Shown piece after piece: positions 9,004-18,451 of a stretch of DNA of 64,000 nt. The first letter of the stretch is position 1; every line of letters starts with the position of its first letter. Below the pieces are notes generated by a model. That model had not been told where the DNA came from. It saw nothing but the letters and a program-made list of their open reading frames with translations, and made no database searches. Made by a program: the position numbers and the translations under genes. Origin of the DNA: Acidobacteriota bacterium (lineage in GTDB: Bacteria > Acidobacteriota > UBA890 > WLXD01); NCBI GenBank assembly GCA_965205505.1, contig CBDBHB010000009.1, positions 960,001 to 1,024,000 of the forward strand. Direction: 5' to 3'.

Positions 9004-9913
9004 GCTACCCGAGCAGATTGGTGACTATCGCGTCGAGGCGCGGCTGGACAAAGCCGGGCACAACGGGGTCTACAAAGCGGTCGGCGCGGGTACGCAGGCG
9101 TTGGCCATCAAGCTGTATCCCACCGGGGAGTCCGATGTCCTGCGCGCTCGACGCCTGGAGATCCTGGCGGCCACGAGCGAGCTCGATCAAGAGAACGTCG
9201 CGCGCGTGCTCGACAGCGGCGAGCACGAGGGCCGCGTGTACGCGGTGATGGAATTCGTTCAGGGGTCATCGCTCCGCAAGGTATTGACGCACCGTCGGCT
9301 CGATACGCGCGACGTCATCGAGGTGCTGCGCGGCACCGCCAAAGCACTCGGTCATGCGTACGGCAAAGGCCTGCCTTGCGAGGGCGTCGATTCGGACCGC
9401 ATCCTCGTCCGTGGTGATGGGCACACTGTGAAGGTCATCGACGTCGGCATGCCGATGGTACCGATGGGCATGGATTCGGGCTCTACGGCGACGCTGCATT
9501 CGCTCGGCGCGGTGCGCTACCTGGCGCCCGAGCGTATGGCCCGCCCCGACGATGCCCCGAGCCAAGGCGCGCTGGTGTATTCGTTAGGCGTCGTCGGTTA
9601 CGAGCTGTTGACGGGAACCCTGCCGGTGGGCGGCTTCCGGATTCCGAGCCAGGTGCGCGGCGAGGTGCCGCCGGAGATCGATCCGCTGATTCTTCGGTGT
9701 CTCGCCGAGGACCCGCAGGAGCGCTTCGCCGACCCGCGCGCCCTGGTTGCGGCGCTGGACGATCTCGTATCGCGTGTGCCCGCGCTACAGGCAAGGATCG
9801 GCGATGGAGCTGCTGCACGCGTGCAAGCCACCGCGCGGAACCGCAAGGTACTCTTTGCCGGCGGCGTTGTCGCCGCGTTGGCGATCCTGGTGCTGGCGAT
9901 GCGGGGTTGCTGA
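8996..9913 (+). CDS. Membrane-anchored Hanks-type Ser/Thr kinase-like protein, likely pseudokinase
   Basis: LAIK, VMEFV, YLAPE, YSLGVVGYELLTG present; HRD loop replaced by CEGVDSDR; C-terminal TM. Confidence 0.8.
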   Translation: MTELPEQIGDYRVEARLDKAGHNGVYKAVGAGTQALAIKLYPTGESDVLRARRLEILAATSELDQENVARVLDSGEHEGRVYAVMEFVQGSSLRKVLTHRRLDTRDVIEVLRGTAKALGHAYGKGLPCEGVDSDRILVRGDGHTVKVIDVGMPMVPMGMDSGSTATLHSLGAVRYLAPERMARPDDAPSQGALVYSLGVVGYELLTGTLPVGGFRIPSQVRGEVPPEIDPLILRCLAEDPQERFADPRALVAALDDLVSRVPALQARIGDGAAARVQATARNRKVLFAGGVVAALAILVLAMRGC

Positions 9914-9948
9914 TCCGGCGACGTTGAGCCTGTGAGAGAGCCCTCGGC

Positions 9949-12900
9949 TCAGCCCGCGGCGGGATCTCGACGGCCGACGACCACGTCCGCACTCTGCTCG
10001 CCGAGATCGGCCTCGCGACGGTTCCACCAGTTGCTCAACCGCTCCGGGAGTTGCTGAGCGTCGTCGACGATCATGTAGCTGCACGGCACCAGGGCGAGGA
10101 TGACGAAGGTGGCGAAGAGCACGCCGAACGCTAGTGATACGGCCATCGGGATCAGGAACTGAGCTTGCAAGCTCTTCTCCAGGATCATCGGCAACAGCCC
10201 TGCGAAGGTCGTGACCGAGGTCAAAAGGATGGGCCTGAACCGCGCTCGTCCGGCCTCGAGCACCGCGCTCCGAACATTCTCGGTGGTCTCGAGTAGCCGA
10301 TTGACGTAGTCAACCAGGATCAAGCTGTCGTTGACCACCACACCGGCGAGGGCCACGACGCCGAACATCGACAGGATTGTCAGGTCGAGGCCCATGATGA
10401 TGTGGCCCCACACCGCGCCCACGAGGCCGAACGGGATGGCGGACATGATGATCAGGGGCTGCACGTAGGAGCGCAGCGGGATTGCCAGCAGTCCGAAGAT
10501 GGCGATGAGCGCCAGCGAGAAGCCGCGTACCAAGCCTCCCGTGGTTTCACGCTGTTGTGCGGCTTGGCCTTCGAACGAGAAACGGACATCGGGGATCGCA
10601 GCGGCGATCTGCGGCAGCACCGTATCGGCCAAGTCGGCGTTGATGTTTCCCGGGGTAGCGACGGCGCGGTTTACCGATGCGGTAACGCTCACCGCCCGAC
10701 TTCGATCCACCCGTTCGATGGTCGAGTAACCACGACCCGGCTCGACCGTCGCCACCTGGGCGAACGGCACCTCCGCGCCACCCGGCGTGCCGATTCGCAT
10801 CGCCTCGAGATCGCCGATGGAGCGCCGTTGTCGCTCCGGGTACCGCACCATCACTCGCACGTCGTCCCGGCCTCGTTGGATACGCTGGGCCTCCTCGCCG
10901 TAGAACGCCTGTCGCACTTGGCGGCCGAGGTCGGACAGGGTCAGACCGAGGACCTCGGCTTGCGGCTTGATGTCGAGCTTTAGCTCGCGCTTGCCTTCCA
11001 GGAACGTATCGCTGATCCCGTAAACCCCGTCGTAGCCCTCGAGACGATCCTTGAGCATGTCCGCAGCAGCGGTGAGCGTGTCGAGATCGCGGCCGGTGAA
11101 CTGAACGTCGATGTCGTCTCCGGCCGAGAACAACGAGGCCGTGACGTTGACTCGCACGGCGTCAGGGATCGTCCCGGTCAGATCACGCCAGCGGTTCGCG
11201 ACCCACTCGCTGGAGACCGCATTGCGGCTCTCAGCGGGGGTGAGCTCCACGGTCACCTCGGCAAGGTGGGTCGTCGAGCCGCCAATCTCCAAGTCGCCGA
11301 ACCCTGAGCGCTGGGCTGCTTGCATGGGCTGGGCCCCGATCGCCGCGAACGTATGCACGAAGACGTCGACGCCGAACTCGTCGATGATCTCCTGCCGCAG
11401 GCGCTCGGAGCTGTCCTCGATGTGCCGTACGGTCAACGAGGTGACCTCCGCTGGCGTGCCCTGCGGCATCGTCAGCGACACGATGACGAAGTCGGCTTCG
11501 ATATCAGGCATGAAGATGAACCGCACGAAGCCTGCGTTGACCAGGCCCAGGGTAACGAGCAATGTCGCTACACCGACCGCGACGGTGAGATAGCGCCAGC
11601 GCAAGCCGATCTGCAAGGCGGGTTCGTAGACGCTGTCGATGAACCAGTGCAACCCGGCCGTGATCTTGCGCTGGAGCCGGAACCACAGACCGCGCTCGTT
11701 AGCCGTGTGGCGCCGTCGATACGACAGGTGCGTCGGCAGGACAAACAGGGATTCCACCAATGAGAACGCCAAGCACGCGATCACGATGAGCGGCGCGGTG
11801 GACATGATCTTGCCGATCACGCCGGGCACGCCAAGCAGCGGGGCGAACGCAGCCATGCTGGTGAGAATGGCGAAAACTACTGGCTTCGACACCTCGCGGG
11901 CACCCTCGATCGCGGCGCGCAGCGGATCGTCGTGCCGTTCCTGGTGCGTGTAGATGTTCTCGCCCACCACGATGGCGTCGTCGACGACCATGCCGAGTAC
12001 CAGGATGAAGGCGAATAGCGACATCAGGTTCACCGAGACATCCATCGCCGGCATCAACCAGATCGCACCGAGGAAGCTGACCGGGATGCCCAGGCTCACC
12101 CAGAACGCCAACCGCAAGCGCAGGAACAGAGCGAGAGACAGGAACACGAGTGCGAACCCGACGCGTCCGTTTCGAAGCAGCATGTCGAGGCGATCTCGCA
12201 GCACCCGCGACTGATCCTGCCAGGTGGTCAGCGTGATTCCCTCCGGCACCCAGAGGCGCGCGCTCTCGACGTAAGACTTTCACGAGCATCGCCGGTTTGC
12301 CATCGAAGCGTGAGATCTGGTCGGTGTCGGCGAAGGCGTCCACCACGGTGGCGACATCGCCTAGCTGCAGGTGGGTTCCATCCGGCCGCGTCAGCAGCAC
12401 CAGCCTGGTGAACTGATCCCCCGTATATGCCTGGCCCATCGTGCGCAGCAGGATCTCGCCGCCGGCGGTCTTGACCGAGCCCCCGGGCAGGTCGATCGAA
12501 GAGCGTCGCACCGCGTTGGCGATGAAGTCGAAGGTGATGCCGTGCCGGCGCAGGGAATCTTCGGAGACTTCGATCGTCACCTCGTAGGGGCGCGCGTTGG
12601 CAACCTCCACCTGAGTGATCTCGGGCAACGCTGCAATCTCGTCGCGCACGCGTTCGGCCAGGTGCTTGAGCGAGAGCTCGTCGGTGTCGCCGAAGATCGC
12701 CACGTCGACCACCTGCCGACGGTTCGTGAGCTCGCGAATAATCGGCTTCTCGGTTTCCTGTGGGAAGGTCTCGATGGCATCGACGCTGGTCTTGATATCG
12801 TCGAGAACCTTGCGCGCGTCGGCGTCGATCTCGAGCTCGATCATGACCGTGCCGATGCCCTCGGCGGCCGTGGAGGTCAGCTTCTTGATGCCGTCGACGC

Positions 12901-13120
12901 CCTGGACCGCCTCCTCGATGCGTACGTTGACTCCCTGTTCGACCTCTTCGGGTGCGGCCCCCAGATACGGCACGGTTACCTGGATGAGGTCGAGGGCGAA
13001 CTCGGGGAACACCTCCTGCGGGACATTGCTGACGGTCATCAGACCCGCGCCGAGCACGAACGCCATGAGCAGGTTGGCAGCGACGCGATTGCGAGCGAAC
13101 CAGCCGATCGCGCCGTTCAT
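9949..13120 (-). pseudogene. RND (AcrB-type) efflux permease split by a frameshift near 12270-12280
   Basis: N-half in ORF 11699-13120 (to GKPAMLVKV), C-half in ORF 9949-12249 (GMVVDDAIVV, RFRPILLTS); may be a sequencing artefact. Confidence 0.8.
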
Positions 13121-14207
13121 CGGCCTAGCTGGCCGGCGCCCGTCTGTTCGGTGGCCCGCGAATCGACACGCACCACCATGCCGTCGGTCACCGCATCCAA
13201 CGCCGACAGCACCACCTGCTCGCCAGCATGCAGCCCGGATCGAACCACGAGAGTGTCACGCGTGGCACGCAGGATCTTGATTTCGCGGAAGCGCAGGCGC
13301 TGTTGCTCATCGACGACGAGCACGCGGCCGTCAACACGCACCGCTGCGCGAGGTAGCAGCACGACATCGCTGGCGATCGCACCCTCGATCTCGGCATGCA
13401 CGTACATGCCCACCGCGAGCGGCGGGCGCTGTGGATCAGCGCCGCGCCCGTACGGATTCCGCACCTGGGCAACGGCATGGACCATGCGGCTCGATGGGTC
13501 GATCTCGCCTTCCGTTCGTACCAGGCGCCCCTGCCACTCGTGTGTCTGGCCGGCGAACTCGGCGCGCACCGTCACGCGCGGCCCGGCGCGCTGAGACTCC
13601 CCTCGATATACCAGTGGCAGCTCCGCCAGGAAGGCGAGCTCGCCGTCGGGCAACGGTAGCCGGATCTCGGCGAAGTCGATAGCGTAGATCGATCCCACGG
13701 CTGTCCCGGCGGCAACGAACTGGCCGACGTCGACTGTCTTTTCGCGCACGCGGCCGGCGTAAGGCGCGCGTAGCTCTGTGCGTTCGAGGTTGCGTTCCGC
13801 TTGCCCCAGGTTGGCTTCGGCCGCCGCTAACGCGGCGCGGGCATTCTCCAGCTGCGGCACGTGGGCGGTCAATGCCGACGCGGTGCCGTTGCCCAGCTGT
13901 TGCCATTCGCGCACCGCGATCTCGGCCTCTGCCTGCGCTTGCGCCTGGCGCAGCCCGGAGGCTGCAACCTCGGCGCGAGCGCGAATGCGAGCTTGCTCGT
14001 AGTCGTGCGCATCGATGCGCAACAGCGGCGCGCCGGCCTCGAAAAAGCCGCCGGATACGAAATCAGGCGATACCCATACCACTTGTCCAGAGACCTCGGG
14101 CACAACGCGGCTCTCGGTCCGCGGGCGCACGCGGCCGCCGCCCCGGCGATGGCGAGCACGAGGATCGGCAGTGTGATCTTCAGCACGGTGGCGACCTTGC
14201 GGCTCAT
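13117..14207 (-). pseudogene. RND periplasmic adaptor (MFP) with frameshift/deletion near 14130
   Basis: N-terminal anchor MSRKVATVLKITLPILVLAIAG is out of frame with VRPRTES..LRAPYAGRV body. Confidence 0.75.
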
Positions 14208-14209
14208 CG

Positions 14210-14488
14210 CTAGTGTCCTGTAACAGAGGTTCGTTGCATATTGCTGGGTCGAGATGGGGGCAAGCTCAAGGCGCGATGAGGATGGCGATGCGGTGCCCAT
14301 CGTCGACGAATCGCAACGCTGAGATTGCCCCCATATCGACCCAGCCCTCCGGGTGGCCGCGGGACTGGCCACCTCCGGCGTCGGCCCTCCTCTGCGATAC
14401 CCTCAGCATCGCCGTCGTCGAGCCTCCTTGGTTTCGACTCAGTCGCGCGCGCCACAATATGCAACGAACCTCTGTTACAGGACATTAG
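14210..14488. mobile_element. MITE-like element (TIR type A) with two oppositely oriented cores
   Basis: ctagtgtcctgtaacagaggttcgttgcatattg ... caatatgcaacgaacctctgttacaggacattag; sits between the OMF stop and the MFP start. Confidence 0.88.
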
Positions 14489-15942
14489 CTCTCCGAAGGG
14501 AACTCGGTCGAGGTGGTTGTGGTCTCGGCATAGCCGCGGTCGACGTGGAATCCACCGCCCAGTGCCAGGTACAGATCAACACGGTTGTCGAGGCGCTGGC
14601 GGCGCGCGGCGAGCAACGCGCTCTCGGCGTCGAAGGTGCGGCGTTGCGCCTCGAGCACGGGGACATAGCCTTCCAGACCGTTTCGGTAGCGCTCGTTGGC
14701 GAGACGCTCGGCGGCGCCGGATTGCTCCGACGCAACTTCTAGCTGGCCCACCTGGTCGGCTAGCAGCGTCTCCGCTGCGAGCGTGGATTCGACCTCGGCA
14801 TAGGCGAGCAGCGCTGTACCCACATAGGCGGCGGCAGCCTCGTCGATGCCGGCCTGTGCCACATCGACTCCAGCGCGCAGCCGGCCGCCCTGGAGCAGTG
14901 GCGCCACGAGGTTGCCAACCAGGCTCCATACCGAAAAATCACCCTGCACCAATTTACCCAGCTGGTTGGTCGATGTCCCACCGGACGCAGTCAGGCTCAG
15001 TCGCGGATACAGCGCAGCGCGTGCTCCGAGGAGCCGCTGGTCAGCTACTACGAGCCGGCGCTCGGCGGCAGCCAGGTCGGGCCTGCGCGCAACCAGATCC
15101 GCCGGCAGCCCAGACGGCACCTGGGCAGGCGCGTCGATGAGCGCTGCCGGGAACTCGAACTCGCCGCCGGGATAGATCCCGAGCAGCACTTGGAGCTGGC
15201 GGCCGGTAGCGTCCAGTTGCTGGTGCCGAGCCAGCAACGTGGCGCCGGCGCCGGCGGCCTGCGCCATCGCCAGCCGTAGATCAAGCGGCGGGCGAACGCC
15301 GCGTTCGAACCGCGCGCGTACCTGTTCGACCGAGCGTGTGAAGCTGAGTACGGTACGCGTTGCGAGATCGACCTGCTGTTGGGCCTCGGCCACCGCGAAC
15401 CAGGCCTTGGCGGTCTGTGCGGCGATCGAGAGTAGAGCGCCAGCGTAGTCGGCTTCGCTAGCCTGGTAGGTGGCGAGGCCCTCCCGGGCCTGGGCGCCGA
15501 GGCGGCCCCAGAGGTCGACCTCCCACGACAGGTCGAGCGACACCCCGTAGTTGGTCGATGTGGTGCTGAGAACGCGGTTGTCGCTGCCGGGAATCGGGAA
15601 GCCGACGAAGTTCTGCTTGCGGCGCGTAGCCAGGGCGCTGGCTCCGAGCTGCGGGCGCAGATCAGCGTCGGCGATTCGCGCGGTGGCCTCGGCGCCCGCC
15701 ATGCGTGCGGCAGCGGCGAGGACATCGGTGTTGTGCTGAAGCGATCGTTCCACCGCCGCCGTCAGGCCGCGTTCGCTAAAGTCCAACCACCAGCTGGCAC
15801 TGACGTCGATGGGCTCAGCAGGCGCCCGGTCGCCGAACGCCGCGGGCAACGGGAGAGCCGTCGTTGGCTTGGCGGCGTTGGGGGTGGAGACGCAGCCGAC
15901 GCCAGCGAGGAGGACGACAGCGGCGCTGGCGGCTCGATTCAT
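14485..15942 (-). CDS. Efflux outer-membrane factor lipoprotein (NodT/TolC family)
   Basis: Lipobox-like GVGC, WW..F, SWEVDLWGR, RRPDL, LYLALGGG. Confidence 0.92.
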   Translation of the reverse strand: MNRAASAAVVLLAGVGCVSTPNAAKPTTALPLPAAFGDRAPAEPIDVSASWWLDFSERGLTAAVERSLQHNTDVLAAAARMAGAEATARIADADLRPQLGASALATRRKQNFVGFPIPGSDNRVLSTTSTNYGVSLDLSWEVDLWGRLGAQAREGLATYQASEADYAGALLSIAAQTAKAWFAVAEAQQQVDLATRTVLSFTRSVEQVRARFERGVRPPLDLRLAMAQAAGAGATLLARHQQLDATGRQLQVLLGIYPGGEFEFPAALIDAPAQVPSGLPADLVARRPDLAAAERRLVVADQRLLGARAALYPRLSLTASGGTSTNQLGKLVQGDFSVWSLVGNLVAPLLQGGRLRAGVDVAQAGIDEAAAAYVGTALLAYAEVESTLAAETLLADQVGQLEVASEQSGAAERLANERYRNGLEGYVPVLEAQRRTFDAESALLAARRQRLDNRVDLYLALGGGFHVDRGYAETTTTSTEFPSES

Positions 15943-16634
15943 CGGGAAGGTGCCTTCGCCGCCGCCGCGGCGCCATCGAGCGTTCCGAGGGGCACTTCGG
16001 AGTCCGCTGGCGCGCGCATTCCGGCAGCGGCGAACGCGACCAGCGAGTGGAGCACCTCGTCGGTCTGCGGCTCCGCCGTCGAACAGAGGCTGGGGATGTG
16101 TTGGCACCAGCAGAAGGTGTGCGCCAGTGAGCCAATGCAGTAGTGCATGCGGCGCGTGATCTCGTAGGAGCTCACCGTGGGCAACACGCGCGCGAGGGCG
16201 TCATGGAAGCGCTCGCGAACGGTCTCGAACTGCTGCAGGAAGAGCTCGTGGATCGAGTGGGTGGGGTCGGCATAGACGCGGCTGACTACTCGCATGTAGC
16301 GCTCGCCGGCGCCGCCCGACTCGTGGCGCATGTGGAACGGCGGCTCCAACCAGGCCCAAAGGATCTGCTCCAACGACACCGGGCGCTCGCCGCCTTCGGC
16401 CTCGAACCCTGAGAGCATCTCTAGTCGGCGGTCGTTCATGGGTCGGAATCGGCGCTCGAACACTGCCGCTAGCAACGAGTCCTTGCTGCCGAAGTGATAG
16501 TTGACGGAGGCCAGGTTGGCGTTGGCCAGGGCGGTGACGTCGCGTAGCGATGTCGCGGTAATGCCCTTGTCACCGAACAGTTGCTCCGCTGCGTCAATCA
16601 GGCGGTCCTTCGTGGTCGTCGCGTTCGTGGTCAT
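15939..16634 (-). CDS. TetR-family regulator (PsrA-like C-terminus)
   Basis: RLIDAAEQLF..SLRDVT..ANLASVNYHFGSKD HTH; ATGA overlap with the OMF gene. Confidence 0.9.
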   Translation of the reverse strand: MTTNATTTKDRLIDAAEQLFGDKGITATSLRDVTALANANLASVNYHFGSKDSLLAAVFERRFRPMNDRRLEMLSGFEAEGGERPVSLEQILWAWLEPPFHMRHESGGAGERYMRVVSRVYADPTHSIHELFLQQFETVRERFHDALARVLPTVSSYEITRRMHYCIGSLAHTFCWCQHIPSLCSTAEPQTDEVLHSLVAFAAAGMRAPADSEVPLGTLDGAAAAAKAPSR

Positions 16635-16712
16635 CGCGTCCGTGGGGCATGTCTGCCGCCTGGGCTCTTGTTTGCCGGTGGCGGTACACTGGGAGAGCTC
16701 GGTCGATCCAGC

Positions 16713-16741
16713 TCGAACGTTCGTATGAATCATACGTATGA
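16713..16741. promoter_or_regulatory. Candidate TetR operator (overlapping palindromes)
   Basis: tcgaacgttcgtatga plus perfect palindromes cgtatgaatcatacg and tcatacgtatga, about 80-105 nt upstream of the TetR start. Confidence 0.55.
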
Positions 16742-16982
16742 GCGGAAGGCCGGGCAAGTCGTTCGCCTGCCGAGGCCGGCGGCGGCAGAAAGCAGCGCGG
16801 CGGTGCACGGCGCTACAGCGTGGCGACTGTGCGACTCGTCGCTGCGGCGGACGGAGCGACGGCAATCGCCGGCGCGAAATGAAACGTCGGCCGCTGAAGC
16901 TGCGTCTAACTTGGCAGGGTCGAGTGAGTTTCGCGGCGAGCGACCAGCCTACCGGCGCTCCGCCGCTTCCACGGAGGATCCG

Positions 16983-17777
16983 ATGCTCGGTAGTTTGGCG
17001 CGGCTTTTCGGTCTGGGGCGGTCCGCACGGGAGCCGGAATTTACCGTATCTTGCGGCAAGGGTGACGGCGACGCGGCCGACAGACCGATGATTCGGCTAC
17101 GAGGGGTCGGTAGGGCGTTCGGCAGCGGCGCTGCGCGCAGCGTCGCCCTGGACGGCGTCGATTTGGAGATCGAGCGCGGTGAGTTTGTCGGCGTTGACGG
17201 ACCGTCCGGCAGCGGCAAGACGACGCTACTCTCGATTCTCGGCCTCCTGGACACACCAACCGCAGGCAGTTACCTACTGAATGGGCGCGCCGTCGAGGAC
17301 ATGCCCGCCGCCCAGCGTGCACGAACGCGCAACCGCGAGATCGGGTTCATCTTTCAGAGCTTCAATCTGATCGGCGATATGAGCGTGTTCGAGAACGTCG
17401 ACCTGCCGTTGAGCTACTTGGGCCTGCCCGGCGGTGAGCGGCGGGACCGTGTGCGGGAAGCCCTGCACCGCGTCGGTATGGCGTCGAAGGCCGGTTCCTA
17501 CCCGAGTCAGCTCTCGGGTGGGCATCAACAACGGGTCGCCGTCGCCCGAGCGGTGGTTGGTGAGCCTCAGATCCTGCTGGCCGACGAGCCCACCGGTAAC
17601 CTCAACTCGGAGGAGGCCAGCGTGGTGATCGAGATGCTCGCCGAGCTGCACGACGCCGGATCGACTATCTGCCTGGTGACCCACGATCCCAGGTGGCGGG
17701 AGGTTACGCGTCGAACCGTTCATCTTTTCGACGGTCGCCTGGTAGAGCCGGCCCAGGGGCGGCCAACGCCGACGTAG
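16983..17777 (+). CDS. ABC transporter ATP-binding protein (MacB/LolD-like), no adjacent permease
   Basis: GPSGSGKT, LSGGHQQR, LLADEPTGNL; GGAGGA RBS. Confidence 0.9.
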   Translation: MLGSLARLFGLGRSAREPEFTVSCGKGDGDAADRPMIRLRGVGRAFGSGAARSVALDGVDLEIERGEFVGVDGPSGSGKTTLLSILGLLDTPTAGSYLLNGRAVEDMPAAQRARTRNREIGFIFQSFNLIGDMSVFENVDLPLSYLGLPGGERRDRVREALHRVGMASKAGSYPSQLSGGHQQRVAVARAVVGEPQILLADEPTGNLNSEEASVVIEMLAELHDAGSTICLVTHDPRWREVTRRTVHLFDGRLVEPAQGRPTPT

Positions 17778-17779
17778 CG

Positions 17780-18268
17780 CTACGATCCCAGCCGCATGCC
17801 CCGTGGCGCCTGGATGAGATCACCGTCGCGGAGGATCAGATCCGGCTCGTACACGTCGTTGCCCCAGTCCTGCGGCGGTTTGGGGCCGCGGGCGGCGTCG
17901 GAGCCGAGCGATGCGAGCACAAAGTGCTTGCCGTCGGTGTGGTAGACCCATGCCGTCCCCCACGGATCGGTGAGGCTGAGCCCCCTCATGCCTTTCTCGA
18001 GCTCAGCGATGGATTCGGCGTACCGCCCGGTGCGCAACAAGTATGCCGTGTTCGCCTTGCCGATCGTCGTCATGTCGGCAACCGTCTTGTTCTGGTTGAC
18101 GCGGTCGCGCAGCTCACCAGACAGCGGATTCGCCAGGCTGAGGCCATCTTCGCCACCGTAATACATGTTCGCCGACGTGGTCATGCCGGCGCTGATACCG
18201 ACCGTCATCAGCATGCCGAGCAGCACGCCGTATGAGGTTGCGCCGCGGTGGTCGCTAAGGCAGGGCAT
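17780..18268 (-). CDS. GspG-like pseudopilin domain protein with atypical N-terminus
   Basis: Hydrophobic N-helix; DPWG..Y...F.L.SLGSD motif. Confidence 0.6.
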   Translation of the reverse strand: MPCLSDHRGATSYGVLLGMLMTVGISAGMTTSANMYYGGEDGLSLANPLSGELRDRVNQNKTVADMTTIGKANTAYLLRTGRYAESIAELEKGMRGLSLTDPWGTAWVYHTDGKHFVLASLGSDAARGPKPPQDWGNDVYEPDLILRDGDLIQAPRGMRLGS

Positions 18269-18451
18269 GGGATCGTTCTCCTGGCAGCAGGCCAATCCGA
18301 GCTTAGCAGCGTGGCAATGGCGGCCAAAGCCAATTGCGGCCACGATGGTGCATCCCGTGACGCCACCCCCCGACGCTGACACGGGACGTCCGGGTAGTCT
18401 CGGTGCACGGCCGAATTGCAGTATGGACTCGATGCCGCGTATCGTGCCCGT

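Noticed and set aside
14210-14488. Mirror-image 91-aa ORFs on both strands (also ORFs over 4251-4493, 32253-32453 and 47414-47611)
   Set aside because: They arise from the inverted repeats and show no protein-like features
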